64,000 nt of DNA, taken from assembly GCF_036321535.1 (NCBI RefSeq), contig NC_087436.1, positions 51,710,001 to 51,774,000 of the forward strand. Reading direction: 5' to 3'. A model generated the notes under the pieces. The model saw only the letters and a list, made by a program, of their open reading frames with translations, was not told where the DNA came from and did no database searches. Of this stretch, positions 42,954 through 57,878 are shown piece by piece (the stretch's first letter is position 1; each line of letters opens with the position of its first letter). This DNA is from Camelus dromedarius. Taxonomy: Eukaryota. A program made the position numbers and the translations under genes.

Positions 42954-45030
42954 GTGTTACTATTCAAGTTTATTTCACTTTTTATTTCACTTGCATTCTG
43001 GGTAGTTTGACTTAGTGGTTCAACAGTCACAAATAAATTTATTAAAGCTCATTTAGATCATTTAAAAAGTATTTTAAGAGGAAATATCCTAAAGGAACAT
43101 CTCTTTTGAGATACTAGCAAGAAAAACAGACATAGGCCAAATATTTGAATATTTTGAAAAGCAGTTCTTTAAAGGAAGGGATTTATTGTGCACATGAAGT
43201 TATGGTGATAATGAGCTTGCTGAATATTGAAAAGTAAAATTCAAAGGTATCAAGTAAGCTATTCTCTGTTAAGTTTAAATTTTCAATTGAGAATGAATCA
43301 ATGTTCATATTCTTTGTTCGTAAGTCTTTGTGAGTTAAATAAGTGAAGTGTGCACTAACTAATTTGGTTCTTTCTGTATCTTAAATGTTCTTACCACTAT
43401 GAAGAGACTGATAATAAAGACATTATATTTATTTATGAAAAATTCTCACTCACCATACATATGCTTATATGCACTTGACATACCTGAGACTTTAAACCGA
43501 GTGTCTTGCCATTATAAACTTGCCTCTTTGTACATCAAGGACCGTCACAGTCAAGTATTTTAGAAGTTAAGGTCTAAAATGAAAGCATAAAAAAGAAGGT
43601 TCTGAGGGATAGGAGAAAAACAAGGAAGAAAAGAATTAAAAGATACCTCATAATTTAACCTGCATGTCGTGTCAGTATATCTTCTATCTTAAATTAAAGA
43701 TCCAGGAGTTTGCATCAGAAGTTTTAAAAATTAAATATATTTCAGGAAACACTAAAAATAATTTTTAAAAGTGTTTATAATTTGTACCATCTAAAAATTG
43801 TAATTTATTTATCATAAAAGAGAAAAGCTTTGTAACCGTATTTAACCAATATTCCATTGTGTATGTTATTTCTTTGCAACTTGGCTTTCTTAGTATATTT
43901 TCTTGGAACATTTCCAAAAGGATAAACAATGACTAGCAATTAAACCAATATAATTCATGAGTTTTACGTCCACTCTTCCTACTGCTGATAGACGATCCAG
44001 AATGCTAACTATAAAGAACACTGCAAGATTACTGTTTTATGAAGAAATGGAAACTATAAACCAGTTGTGCATGGCATTGTACAGGGAGTGAACATTCAGC
44101 TTTGTGTCTGAATCCTAGTTCTACCCTGCCCAACCTATGTGACTGTGTTGAGATGTCTTAACTTCCTGAGCCTCCGCTTCCACATACGCAAAATAAGGAT
44201 AGTAAAATCTTCTGTACAGGTTCACCAAGATACTCAACAGGATGACTAGGGCCTCACACAGGAGGGCAATGTATTAAGCTGGTATTATTTTTGTTATATT
44301 TGCTGCTGTTTTTATTATTATTCATAGTAGTAGGAAAGCTCTTCTACTCCAAGGGAGGAGATTCAATTATCAGAATGAAAGACACTTAAAAGTTAAAGCC
44401 CCCAGGGAACTTTTCATCATGGTTAATATATGAAAAATATATGGCAGAATCCAGAACTTTAGTGATACTTAGGATGGTCTACACACGGCACCCTAAGACA
44501 GCTGAGCCAGCTCCTCCCACACAATGCATGAATGTTATCTTCCCTTATCTCTGCATGAATGTTCTTGATACTTGCTGACATCCACCCATATGTCATTCTT
44601 CATCATAAACTTCCCACTCACTGCTGGGATTACACCCTTTTCTTTATTCATAAGCCTTCAAAATTCATGAAAACCCCCAAATCACTGTCAAGAGATGTAG
44701 GGAAATCTATCTTTTTATCTGTTTGCAGCAGAAGAGATTGATTTTCTTAAATAAGTAATTTTAAGAACATACACTTTAATATATATTTCTAAGAAGAAAT
44801 AAGTTAATTTAGTTTGTCAACATCTTTACAAGGTGGATAAATATTATGATTCCATTATCCAGAGGATTATAATAGTGAATATGAGAATGCAAGTATTTTA
44901 CTAAGGAAAAAGGGCCTTCCCCTCTTGCTGACCATCTGGTGCAAGAGCATCCCTAGGCATTTGCGGGTCAGGCAGATCACCGCCTTGTAAGCATCCAGGT
45001 GAACTCAGTGTTAAGGCAGCACAACGAAAT
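42954..45030 (-). pseudogene. RGS-like domain split over pseudo-exons ~44902-45030, ~43837-44008, 43647-43751 and 42954-43219
   Basis: Acceptors ttcctttaag, ttctttatag, tatttttag and caatattcag. Peptides VHLDAYKAVI, KLMNYIGLIASHCLSFWKCSKKI, FPEIYLIFKTSDANSWIFNL and PSFKELLFKIFKYLAYVCFSC*YLK occur in RGS order. Donor gtaagc at 42953. Confidence 0.6.
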
Positions 45031-48010
45031 CTTAAAGGAAAAAGAGAATTACATTGAGGCCAAAATGCAATATCTTATTTCTTAAATATTTCTTCTTTGG
45101 GCTATTTTATTCATGGATTCTTCTCAATTTTATCTCTTAGGGCCTCTTTACCCTGTTTCATGAATATCACTCATACACGAGCTTTCTCTGGTAACAAAAA
45201 TAGTAATAACAGTATTTACTGAATGCCTCCTAGGAGCCAGGCAATGTGCTGGGTACATGCACACGTGAGCTCCCTTATAAGATGAAGAAACTGAAGCAAT
45301 GCAAGTTTAAGCCACTTGCTCAAGGTCACCAGGTAGCAGAGAGCAAGGAAGAGCTGAAGATAATACAGGAAATTCGTAAGGTCTCTTCAGTCTCACTTAA
45401 TAAAATTCTTCCATAAATAAGAGGTTTAAAAAAAATGTTATTTAGTAATCCTTTCCTACATGGCACGGTGGGGGAAAGTAGGCATGACTGCAAAAGAAGA
45501 GATGGGGAAAGGTGAAGTAATGCTGATCACAAACTGGCCCTTGGACGCAGAGGACAAGGAGAGAGGGAAGAAAGAGGCAGCCAGTCTAGATGGGTAAGCA
45601 GCAGTTCCGATAAGCAAAGAAACTTACTAAGGAGGCTCCTCTCCTGCCACCGCAAGACTAGTAATCTCCATACCCACCTGCCAGAATCTCAAAATTTATA
45701 TAGCAGCCTTAACTGAATACAGTCACATATATTGTCCAGATGGTTTCAACAACACACTGCTCTCTCAAAATGAGTCCTTGAAAATGCCTCCCACTATGGG
45801 AATTGTGGGCAGAACATGCCAGGATGGGGAGTGGACCCAGAGCCTCCCATTGCCTGGGTCTAGGTGGCAGATCACAGGCCAGCCATGGGTTACGTCCTCT
45901 GGATAACCTCCTCCAATAAATAACTTGTTCAGGTTGGATTTGCACCCAGGTTTAAGTCATGAACTGCTATACTTCCCACTGTATCAATTTATCAAAATTA
46001 GGGATTGTTCATTAGTCCCTCATGTTTCTGATTGGCAGACAGCAATGATCTTCAAAATATTCCCTTTACTTTAAGGATTTTTTTTCCGCTTTAAGGCAAG
46101 GAGGTAAAGGGCTATCAAAGCATCTTCTAGCAGATGCAGAAATATTTCCTTCACTACAGGCACTGATGCCTAAGATCAGCCCCAGCTTTAGGTCTGAAAC
46201 TCGTCTAAAGCTGCAGACTCAAGTGGGATCCCTCATCTCATCCGGGTGCAGAATGTATCCATGGGCCTTCTTATCAGATACCAGGTTGTACCAGAGCAGA
46301 GGGAAGCAGTGGGAGTCCAAGGAAGGGAAAAGTAGAACATTCATTAAAAGATCCTAAGGCGTGAGGAAATTGGGGTTTTATTGGTTTGTTTCTTCTGAAA
46401 AAAGACAGGTGAGTCATTTTTAATATATCTATTTTGGTTTTCACTTCAGAAATACCTTTCAGTCTCTCAAATGACAGATGGAAAAAAATCATAGAGAAAC
46501 ATTTGATTAAACAGCTATATGTTTGAAAATATTCACTGGGGACATGATTTTTTTTCATTTAAAAGATGACATCATATGATTACACTTTGAGCTTTTTCCT
46601 CTACTCAACAACTGTTATTGATGGATATAAAATCAAATCTAAACATTAAAATGTGTCAAAACTAAAACAAAACAGAGTGATAAATACACAGCAGTCAAGG
46701 TCCCAGCAGGAAACAGATGTCACCCTCCAAGGGTTTAAACTATACAGAATTAAATGAGGGGACCATATGTGGAGGTGTAGTCAGGATTAAAGGAATCAGT
46801 AAGGGGTGATGAGTCACCCAGGGGCAGGCAAGGGGTGGAAGAATGATGAACGGAGGGAACAAGGACACCAGCTGTGTGTGGAAACTGAAACTTTCTCTAA
46901 AATAAACTCATAACACTGGTCAACTCTGTCAAAACGAAATACACTTTTATGGTCATTTTTTAGCTCACTATCGCAGGTACTATCAGACAAGCAAGGTTCA
47001 CTTCGCCTCAGATGTTCTAAATGTTATGACAGAGCACCAGTTTGTCTTAGTCTATTGTCTTTCACATTCTAGAATAACCAACCATTGTATTTACTTACCC
47101 TTTTTCCCTTCATGGACAAAACTCAAACCCATTATCCTTTATATACATTTATATTTCTTTGCAACTTTTAAATTTATTTGAGTCGCCACCACCAATATTA
47201 GTTTCAACTCTTAACCGAAATTACTCACTTCTGTCATAGGCCAAAAAGACCTGGAATGAACTGAAGACTGTCCATCACAGACAAGCACGTGAGAGTAGAC
47301 GAGTTCCAGAAACAGCCGCACCCCACTATACATGTCCACATAACGTGGACTAAATTACTGAATTCAATCATTCACTCGTCTGTTGTGACATTTTTCTTTC
47401 ATATACTTGCCATGGCCTCTTGGTGAGTGAAGTGTATTTCTTTGTCCTTTGACTTGGGATTGGTCACGTGGCTGGCTTTGGCTACTGGGATGTTAGTGTA
47501 TGCAGGCCGGGCCGGGGGGAGGGTGGAACTGTTCCTACACGATAGAGCATGTCTTCTTATGCTTCAGCCATCTGCTATCAGAGAAGTATGCTCCAGGGGG
47601 CTGATGCCCTTTAGTCTAGACCCCAAAACAATGAAAATGGAACCTGGGGCCTGAATCCCAGAGCTGAGGGCCCACCATAGCCCAGCTAATGTACAGACTA
47701 CCTGCAGACATATGAGCAAGGAAATAAATATTCCTTTAATCCACTGAGTTTGGGGATAGTTGATAAGCAGGACTATTGTGGCAATACTTGACTGAATCGT
47801 GGGAAAGCCAGTATATGGCTTCTACTTCTGTGAAGGTTAATAATAACCATGTATACTAAGACAAGGTATTTTATATCCTTTTCAGCCTACTAGCTTGACA
47901 GTCACATTTTATTTATAATTTTTTTATCCAAATAGTGTATTTGGAATAACTAGTCTTACTGATTCATAGCATGATAAAAAGTTTAAATAGTAAACCATTT
48001 TAGACAATAG

Positions 48011-48272
48011 TGCTAATTTACTTTAGTTGTATATTCAAATTTTACATAAACATGTTGTGGAAACGATGATAAATTACCCATAAAAATCAGTTCAGGAGAT
48101 TAAAAATTTCAGAAGAATTAACCTTTTTATGAATAAATAAATATGTCTGCTAATTTGCCTTAGTTGTATATTCAAATTTTACCTAAACATTTTGTGGAAA
48201 CAATGATAAATTACCCATAAAATCAGTTTAGGAAAATAAAATTTCAGAATTAAGTTTTTATGAATAAATAAA
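48011..48272. repeat. Local tandem duplication of about 130-137 bp
   Basis: 48011-48141 and 48148-48272 both read tgctaattt..ttagttgtatattcaaattttac...gatgataaattacccataaaa...tttttatgaataaataaa, with scattered differences. Confidence 0.9.
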
Positions 48273-48829
48273 CCAAAACACTACTAAATAAAATAAAATA
48301 AAACATGTTAATATTATTCTTTTCACACTGTGATAAAATCAGGGAGATGGCATACATTGTTTTAAATCAAAATTATTAAACCATTATAAATTATTCAAAG
48401 ATTCACCTGAATAAGAAATAGTATCAACTATTTTTAATATTTATACAGTATGTAAATGTTTTAAATTCTTTTCTTTTGTTTTGTTTTTCCTAATGTGATT
48501 TTCTCTTATTTGTTTTCTTTTAACATTTATTTTGACAAATTTTAAACCTACAGAAAAGTTGAAAAAATTGGCCAGTAAACGTCCACATATACCTATTGCC
48601 TAGATGTACCAATTCTTAATATTTTGCCACATTTCCCTTATCACTCTCCAAATATATATTTTTAATAAACTTCTAATTTTGGAATACTTTTAGATACACA
48701 GAAAAGTTGCATCTAGTTTTGTTCAGAGTTCCTGTATATCTTTTTCTCAGTTTCCCTAATGTTAACATCTTACACAGCCTTGGTTCAGTTGTCAAACCAA
48801 GTAATTAATAGTGGTGCATTATGAGCTGT

Positions 48830-49175
48830 TCACATGTTCTGGAAATTAAGCCCTTGTCAGTCTCATCTTCTGTAAATATTTTCTCCCATTCCATACGTTG
48901 TCTTTTTGTTTTGCTTTTCCTCTGCTGTGCAAAAGCTTGTAAGTTTAATTAGGTTCCATTTGTTTATTTTTGCTTAGATTTCTATTGCCTGGGTAGACTG
49001 CCCTAGGAGAACATTGCTAAGATTTATGTCAGAGAATGTTTTGCCTATGTTTTCTTCTAAGAAGTTTATAGTCTTGTCTTATATTGAAGTCTTTAAGCCG
49101 TTGTGAGTTTATTTTTGAGTGTGGAATGAGTGACTGTTCCAACTTCACTGATTGACATACAGCTGTTCAGTTTTG
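48830..49175 (-). mobile_element. L1 ORF2 fragment related to the two long L1 copies
   Basis: Reverse complement matches the region 54770-55110 (aatgttctcctagggcagtctacccaggcaatagaa). Confidence 0.8.
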
Positions 49176-49819
49176 GCCCAACAAGCATATAAAGTTTCTT
49201 TTTTTCTGTTTCTGGAAATTTATGAAATCTTGCATTTTAAATTCATATAGGCATTACTAGACTCAATAACTCAGTAAAAACAAGAGCTCTGTTCAATTTA
49301 AGTGAATTTATAATTGAATTCATCAATTTGTCTTTAGAAATAGGTAGTTACATATCATTTCATCTGTTTACAAAATATTTCAAATCACATAATGAGGTGT
49401 TGTTATCAAGCTCTCAGGCAGGCCCATTTGGAACTATAAATTCCAAACTCTGTTGGAGTTTATAGTTTAATTTCTCCTGCATACATTAAGTTTTGGGCAG
49501 CACTTGATTGGTCAGATGAGGGGGTCATAATTTAAAGTTCATTAACACCTTGTTGTTTGCATCTGAAGCTTTCCCTCACATTTGACCTGAATCATTTGTA
49601 TATTTCTGTGGGATTTCCTTATTTTTAAGAGAGGAGAGAGAAACATCACATATGCAGAAATCTGTAGATTTCTAAGAAAATAATGAAGAGAAGCTGGAAG
49701 CCATCTTTTTAATCCCAAAACATTCAGGATTTTTTTTTAATTATATCCAAAATAAGCAAAACTCTCTTTCAGAAATCATAGTACTCTTTTCCAAATCACT
49801 CATGCACTTGAAAAGTTGT

Positions 49820-50480
49820 TCAACCTTATTATGTGCCAGGGAAATTCAAATTAAAACTCCATTGGGATACCACTTTGCACACACTCGAATGGCTAAAATT
49901 CAGAAGATTGGCAACATCCAAAATTCCACTGCAAGGAGAGCAACTGAAACTCTCATACATTTCCTGTGTGAATGTTAAATGGTACAAGCACTTTGGAAAA
50001 CAGTTTGGAAGCTTCTTATAAAAAAGATACACATATCCACTGATACAGCAATTCTACTTCAAAATACTTACATGAGTAATGCTAAAGTATGTCCACAAAA
50101 AGTTGTGCATAAGGGTGTTCGTATCATTTTTAGTCATAGCAACCCGAAACTAAAAACAGTCTGGCATTACATCGACAGGAAAATGGATGTACAAACAGTG
50201 GTATATTTATACACTGGGATATTGCTTAGCAATGAAAAGGAATGAACTATTAAGATAAGATGGATGAATCCAAAAAGAAACACACACACGAATACATGTT
50301 ATATAAGTCCACTGATGCAAAGGTCAAGGGCAGACAAAACTAACCTGTGGTGATGGGAAGAAGCAGAGAACAGTGGCTGTCTTGGTGGAAGGAGGGAATT
50401 ACTTGGTGTAATGGAATTATTCTTTATCTTATTTACATATGTGTAATTATTTGTCAAAATGTATTCATGTCTGTCCTTTT
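49820..50480 (+). mobile_element. Old L1M 3' end fragment
   Basis: Contains ggaaattcaaattaaaactccattgggataccact, ctttggaaaacagtttgg and agcaatgaaaaggaatgaacta. Confidence 0.7.
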
Positions 50481-51735
50481 AACTAAGTGCTTCAATTTTT
50501 TAAAACTCTGTTATAAAAAATATGAAATTCAGGGTACTGCTAACCTCTAGGAGAGGCAGCAGGACAGGATAGAGAAGAAACACTCAGTGGCAACAGTATT
50601 GGGTTTTTTTAAGATTTTAGAATTGGTGATATGTTCATAAAATATGTTTATTTTATTACTATACCATGTAATACATGTATGTTATACATATATTTTACAT
50701 TTATCAACTATTATAGTATTTAACAAAATTCCCTCTTTTCACTTTATTATTAAAGAGTTTTTTTAATGTTTGGATTGTTTCTTGGAAGTTTGGTATAACC
50801 TTCTTGTCAAACCAAGCTTGCCCTTGAGTTTGCTTTGGGAGATTTTTAACTGGTATTTTAACTTCTTTAAAGATTATAGACCATTCAGATATTCATTTCT
50901 TGAATCAGATTTAAGTTACCTTTTGTCTAAGATTTCAAATTTATTGACATGAAATGTTCATAATATTCCTTATCTTTTCAGAATCTACACATTTTTGTTA
51001 GTTTTATTCTTTGTTCTTAATATTTAAAACATTTTTCTCCCTTTACTGTTTCTTTTATCTATCTTTCCAGAAAGATTGTAGATTTCATTCTTTTTTGATA
51101 TACTGATATTTTCTGTTTTCTCCTTCATTAATATCAGATCTTGTATTTATTATTTATTTCTTCTATTCTTTTTTTCTATTAATTTTTAACTCCTTAAGTA
51201 AGATGCTTACCTCATTAATTACTTCCTTTTCTAGTAAAAATATTAAGGCTTTATATTTCCTTCTAAGTCTTGCTTTGGTTGTATACCAAACTCTTGTATA
51301 TACATACAGCTTTTCCATTATTGTTATAAATATTTTCTAACTTGTATTATAATTTTTACTCATAAGATAAAGCTTTCCTTAGTTTAAAGATAAATGGCTT
51401 TTTTCTGGTTACATTTTGTTGTTATTTTTTAATTAATTTCAATGTGGTCATATAATGTGGTTTGGGTGCTTCCAGTCATTTGAAATTAATGAGATGATTT
51501 TACAGAAATTTCATCTGTTCTGCAGATTTAAGTTTCTATACATACCCATTAGACAAAGCCTACCATTTTTGTTGCTCATATTTTCTGAGGTAATACACCT
51601 GAGTAAAATATACAAAGCTTCATTCATTCAATTAATTACTATTTGCCTGTGAGATACTAATCCAACAAATATTCAGTTAGTTTCTACTGCATGATTCAAA
51701 CCATGTTCAAAGATCAGAGTCATGAGATATTTTAC

Positions 51736-53394
51736 TCCACAAATATTTATGTATATTCTACTTGGTATTTTATGGGAGAAGCAAATTATATGAACCAACA
51801 TATACAATATTTGATAAGTGATTCAAATGCAAATTCATTCAATGAGATCACAAAAGTGGGATTAAAAACTTCAGATAATCCAGGAGGTCTTTCCAAATGA
51901 CTGTTCTATTTCAAACTCTCAAAAAAAAAAAAAAAAAAGGAAACTCTCTGTGAGACTCTTAAGTGGTGTCTGAAGTACAGTAATAAAGTAAGGGATGCTG
52001 GCACTTTATCAATCTCCATTACAAGGGATTTATTCTGCTGATTCATTCTTTTATTCAGATTTTCTTATTAATTATTCTATTTAATTCACTTACTAAGATG
52101 CTATTATGAATCAGACACTATTTTGGTACTTTTCAAAATGCTTTATTTCATGCTTATCATTGCCCTGGGCCATAGGTCTTACCCTTAGGGAACAAACAAA
52201 CTCAGAAAAGGGAGGTAGTGTGATCAGAGTCACATAGCTAGAAGGTGAGATGGTTTAGTTTAAACCTAGTTCTTTTGATCACAAGTTCCCAGAAATGTGT
52301 AGTATAAATGTTGAAATAAAAATAAAATTTATATGATATTGTAGCAATTCCATATACTTTTCCACAGGCCTTATGCCACACCCAATTTCAGGTTTCCTAA
52401 GAAATTTTTATTACAATATAATCTCTAATATCATTAAAATGTTTTTACCTAACTCAATCTGACCATGAACACTGATAAATGAGTCTTAAATGTTCTTCTC
52501 AGTCACAGAATAGCTGCTGAGTGGTTTTGGGCACACAGAATGCCATTGTTTGCAGTTCTTAGTATTTTGATTCCCAGGAGCCCAAAAGCTCAGAGCAGCA
52601 ATTTAATATATGAAAACAAACTATAGTAGATTAAAGAATTAATGTTCTTTTTTATAATAGTATCTCCAGAAAACATTTATAAGGAAAGTCATCTGGGTTG
52701 AATTTCTAGTGTGCCTATGAATACAGTTGTTAAATACCACCTGTGAAAGAAAAATAATCCTTTTACACCAACTACAAATTTTAATGCAATTAGATTTGCT
52801 AAGTCATTAAGGAAGCTCCTCTCTCTACTTTGCCATTGAATGTGTCTTAAAAACATGAACAAAGATCCTAAAATTCAGTTATATACACATTACTAAATGT
52901 ATATAAAAGGATATGGTGGGTGAGTTATATTGGTTTTTTCTCAAATTTGAAATTCCCTACTAAGTCATTAACTATCTCTAACTGAATTTTCAAATGAACT
53001 ATAGGGATGCATCTTTCACCCTGCTCTTCTTTCTCTCTGTTGCATGTGCACATACACGCACACACATACAATTAATATTTGAAAAACTCACTTTGTGCAC
53101 TATATAAACTCCCTAACAGTCTGAAATACACCTTAACTCTTTCCTAGGGATACAGCATGAGTTTCCTATCCTAATTCATTGTCAAAAAAATTAAACTACA
53201 TTATGATACAAAGTAAATTCATAAGATTTTATGAAAACGATTGATGTTGAAAGTAAAAGGTTGACTTATTTTTCTCTTCTTTGAAGATCTCTCCTTGAAT
53301 TTGATCCAAGACAGCTACCAGAAAGTTATTTAAGATAAATTAAACTGAGGTAACACCATCTATTCTGTTTAATTTTCTTGAAATCGTATGAGTG
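51736..53394 (-). pseudogene. RGS-like domain over pseudo-exons 53270-53394, 52738-52867, 52449-52620 and 51736-51969
   Basis: Reads ...VLDQIQGEIFKEEK|RSLFMFLRHIQWQSRERSFLNDLANLIALKFVVGVKGLFFFHR|...IAALSFWAPG...TEKNI*DSFISVHGQIEL|DTT*ESHREF...VFNPTFVISLNEFAFESLIKYCICWF. Two joins are phase-1 compatible. Confidence 0.65.
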
Positions 53395-53531
53395 CTAAAG
53401 CAAATGTCACTGGCTGCCAGATTAGTCTTCCTAAAACATCACTATGTTGTATTCTTTTCTTTCTTAAGAACTTGCTTCCCTGCTCCCTACTAAGCTTTAT
53501 AAAAAAAATTCCTTTTAAAAATCTGATTGTA

Positions 53532-56106
<2,575 letters not shown>

Positions 56107-56861
56107 AAAAATCTGACTGTAATCTACAAACCATATTTTTCAATGGTTCCCAAGTTCACACACAGTCACCTTCTCCATTTCCAGCCCTCTCCCTCTCCAT
56201 ACATTTTATTGGAAAAACAGGAAACCTATTGTAGTGGAAAAATAATAAAAAGATAGCCAATAATCCAAAGTCCCCGAGTTTCCTACCTGCCATCTACTAT
56301 GGCCACAGACAACGTTTCTTTACACTTGTCTGGTCAGTACACAGAGACTATAGACAGGCAATCGCAGTCTTTCACTAACTGGCATTTTGACTCCAAACCC
56401 CTATTTTCCTGGTGAGCTGGCTTGGCCCACCCATGGATCATGAGAACTTCTCTGAGAGACAGGATGAGGAATGGAGAGAAGGAGGTATTTTTCACCACAT
56501 AAACTTTAAAGCTCAGGATCTCAAAGATAACTCAATGAGCAGAATGCAAAGGAAAACTTGCCCTTAGATTCTATACTTTATCATCCTTTCTCAAGACACA
56601 TCAAAAGATCTAGCTTCTACTACTATGGCACAGTTTTCTCTTTTCCTTCGAGAGAGTAAGATAGACTTAAACAACCTAGGAAGAAAACGTGTATGGCAAC
56701 AATTTCCATTTTTTCCTTCAAGGTGAGTTGAAACATGCTGCCATAGTATGTGAATTTTCACTGATTATGTTAGTCATCCATCCATTTATTCACTTAACGA
56801 ATGTTCATTGAGTACCTACTACATGTTATGCTTTGTTCTAGGAGTTCAGGATATAGTAGTG

Positions 56862-57412
56862 TGGAAACAAACGAAGACCAACCAAAGGAGTAAAGCAAAC
56901 ACTGCTTATTCTGAGCTTGCTATGGTAAGGGAGTTAGCCACTGTCACTTGTATTTTGGCAGGGACTCAAAGACAAATGGAAAAGCTTTATAATGGAAAAA
57001 GGGGGAGGCATCAGGTGTGCCTTGATTGGAAGCTGTTGGCATGGGGAACCTGTAGGAGAGCCAACTAGAAGCAGGGGATCCTCTGTAACTGGTTAGGGGT
57101 ACACAGTTGGCTTTCTGTGGTTGATCTTAAGTTGGAAGTAGGGACAAAAATTATGGAAGCTGTCAATTATTAGTTAGGTCCTGGCCATATTGGGCTGATT
57201 GTTACAGAAATTATTATTTAGCTTCCTAGACTGTCACTAGAGATAGCAATCAAGCTTCCTGCAAGTGTGATTCATAGCAGGTGAGTTTCCTGGGTTGTTT
57301 ATTGTAGATAAGGGGATTGGTTTCCCAGGAAGGTTGCTGCAGGTTGTAGGTCAAAGTCCTATTTTTATGTATGGTTGGACCACTGTCCATTTGCATGTTT
57401 AATCTCTCAGCA
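56862..57412 (-). mobile_element. ERV1-type solo LTR (MER34/MER39-like, family tentative)
   Basis: The minus strand begins tgctgagagattaaacatgcaaatggacagtggtccaacc and ends ...agcaagctcagaataagcagtgtttgctt. It interrupts an L2-like sequence. Confidence 0.6.
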
Positions 57413-57804
57413 GTAAACAAACAAAACAAACAAAAGTCCTTGTACAGTGTATGTTCTACAAGGGATATTACACTGCTTCTTTCTCTAGATCTTTTTGCAC
57501 TTATTTCATACAAGAGGTAAAAAGTATGCAGTCCTTTTCTTTAATCATTGGCATCTTACAATTTGGACTACATTATGTCCACATATAATATTAAAATATT
57601 CACACATTCATTTAAAAACATGTAATGATCACCTCCTATGTGCCGGGAACTATTACAGTCCGTAAAGATTCAGTAGTGAACAAAGTCCTGTCCTCACTAA
57701 GCTTGTATCTGGTTAAAGGGACATAAATAATAACAATGACAAATAAAATAATTTGTGTCTGTTAGAAGGTGATAAATGGTATGAAAATTAAAAAGCAGGA
57801 CAGT

Positions 57805-57878
57805 GACTAAGATGGCGGAGTTGGAAGACCCTGAGCTCACACCAAAATTACAGCTCCGTACAGAGTAACCGTCAATGT
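57805..57878 (+). mobile_element. Short L1 5'-end fragment
   Basis: aagatggcggagttggaagaccctgagctcac resembles the YY1-site-containing start of laurasiatherian L1 5'UTRs. Confidence 0.55.
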
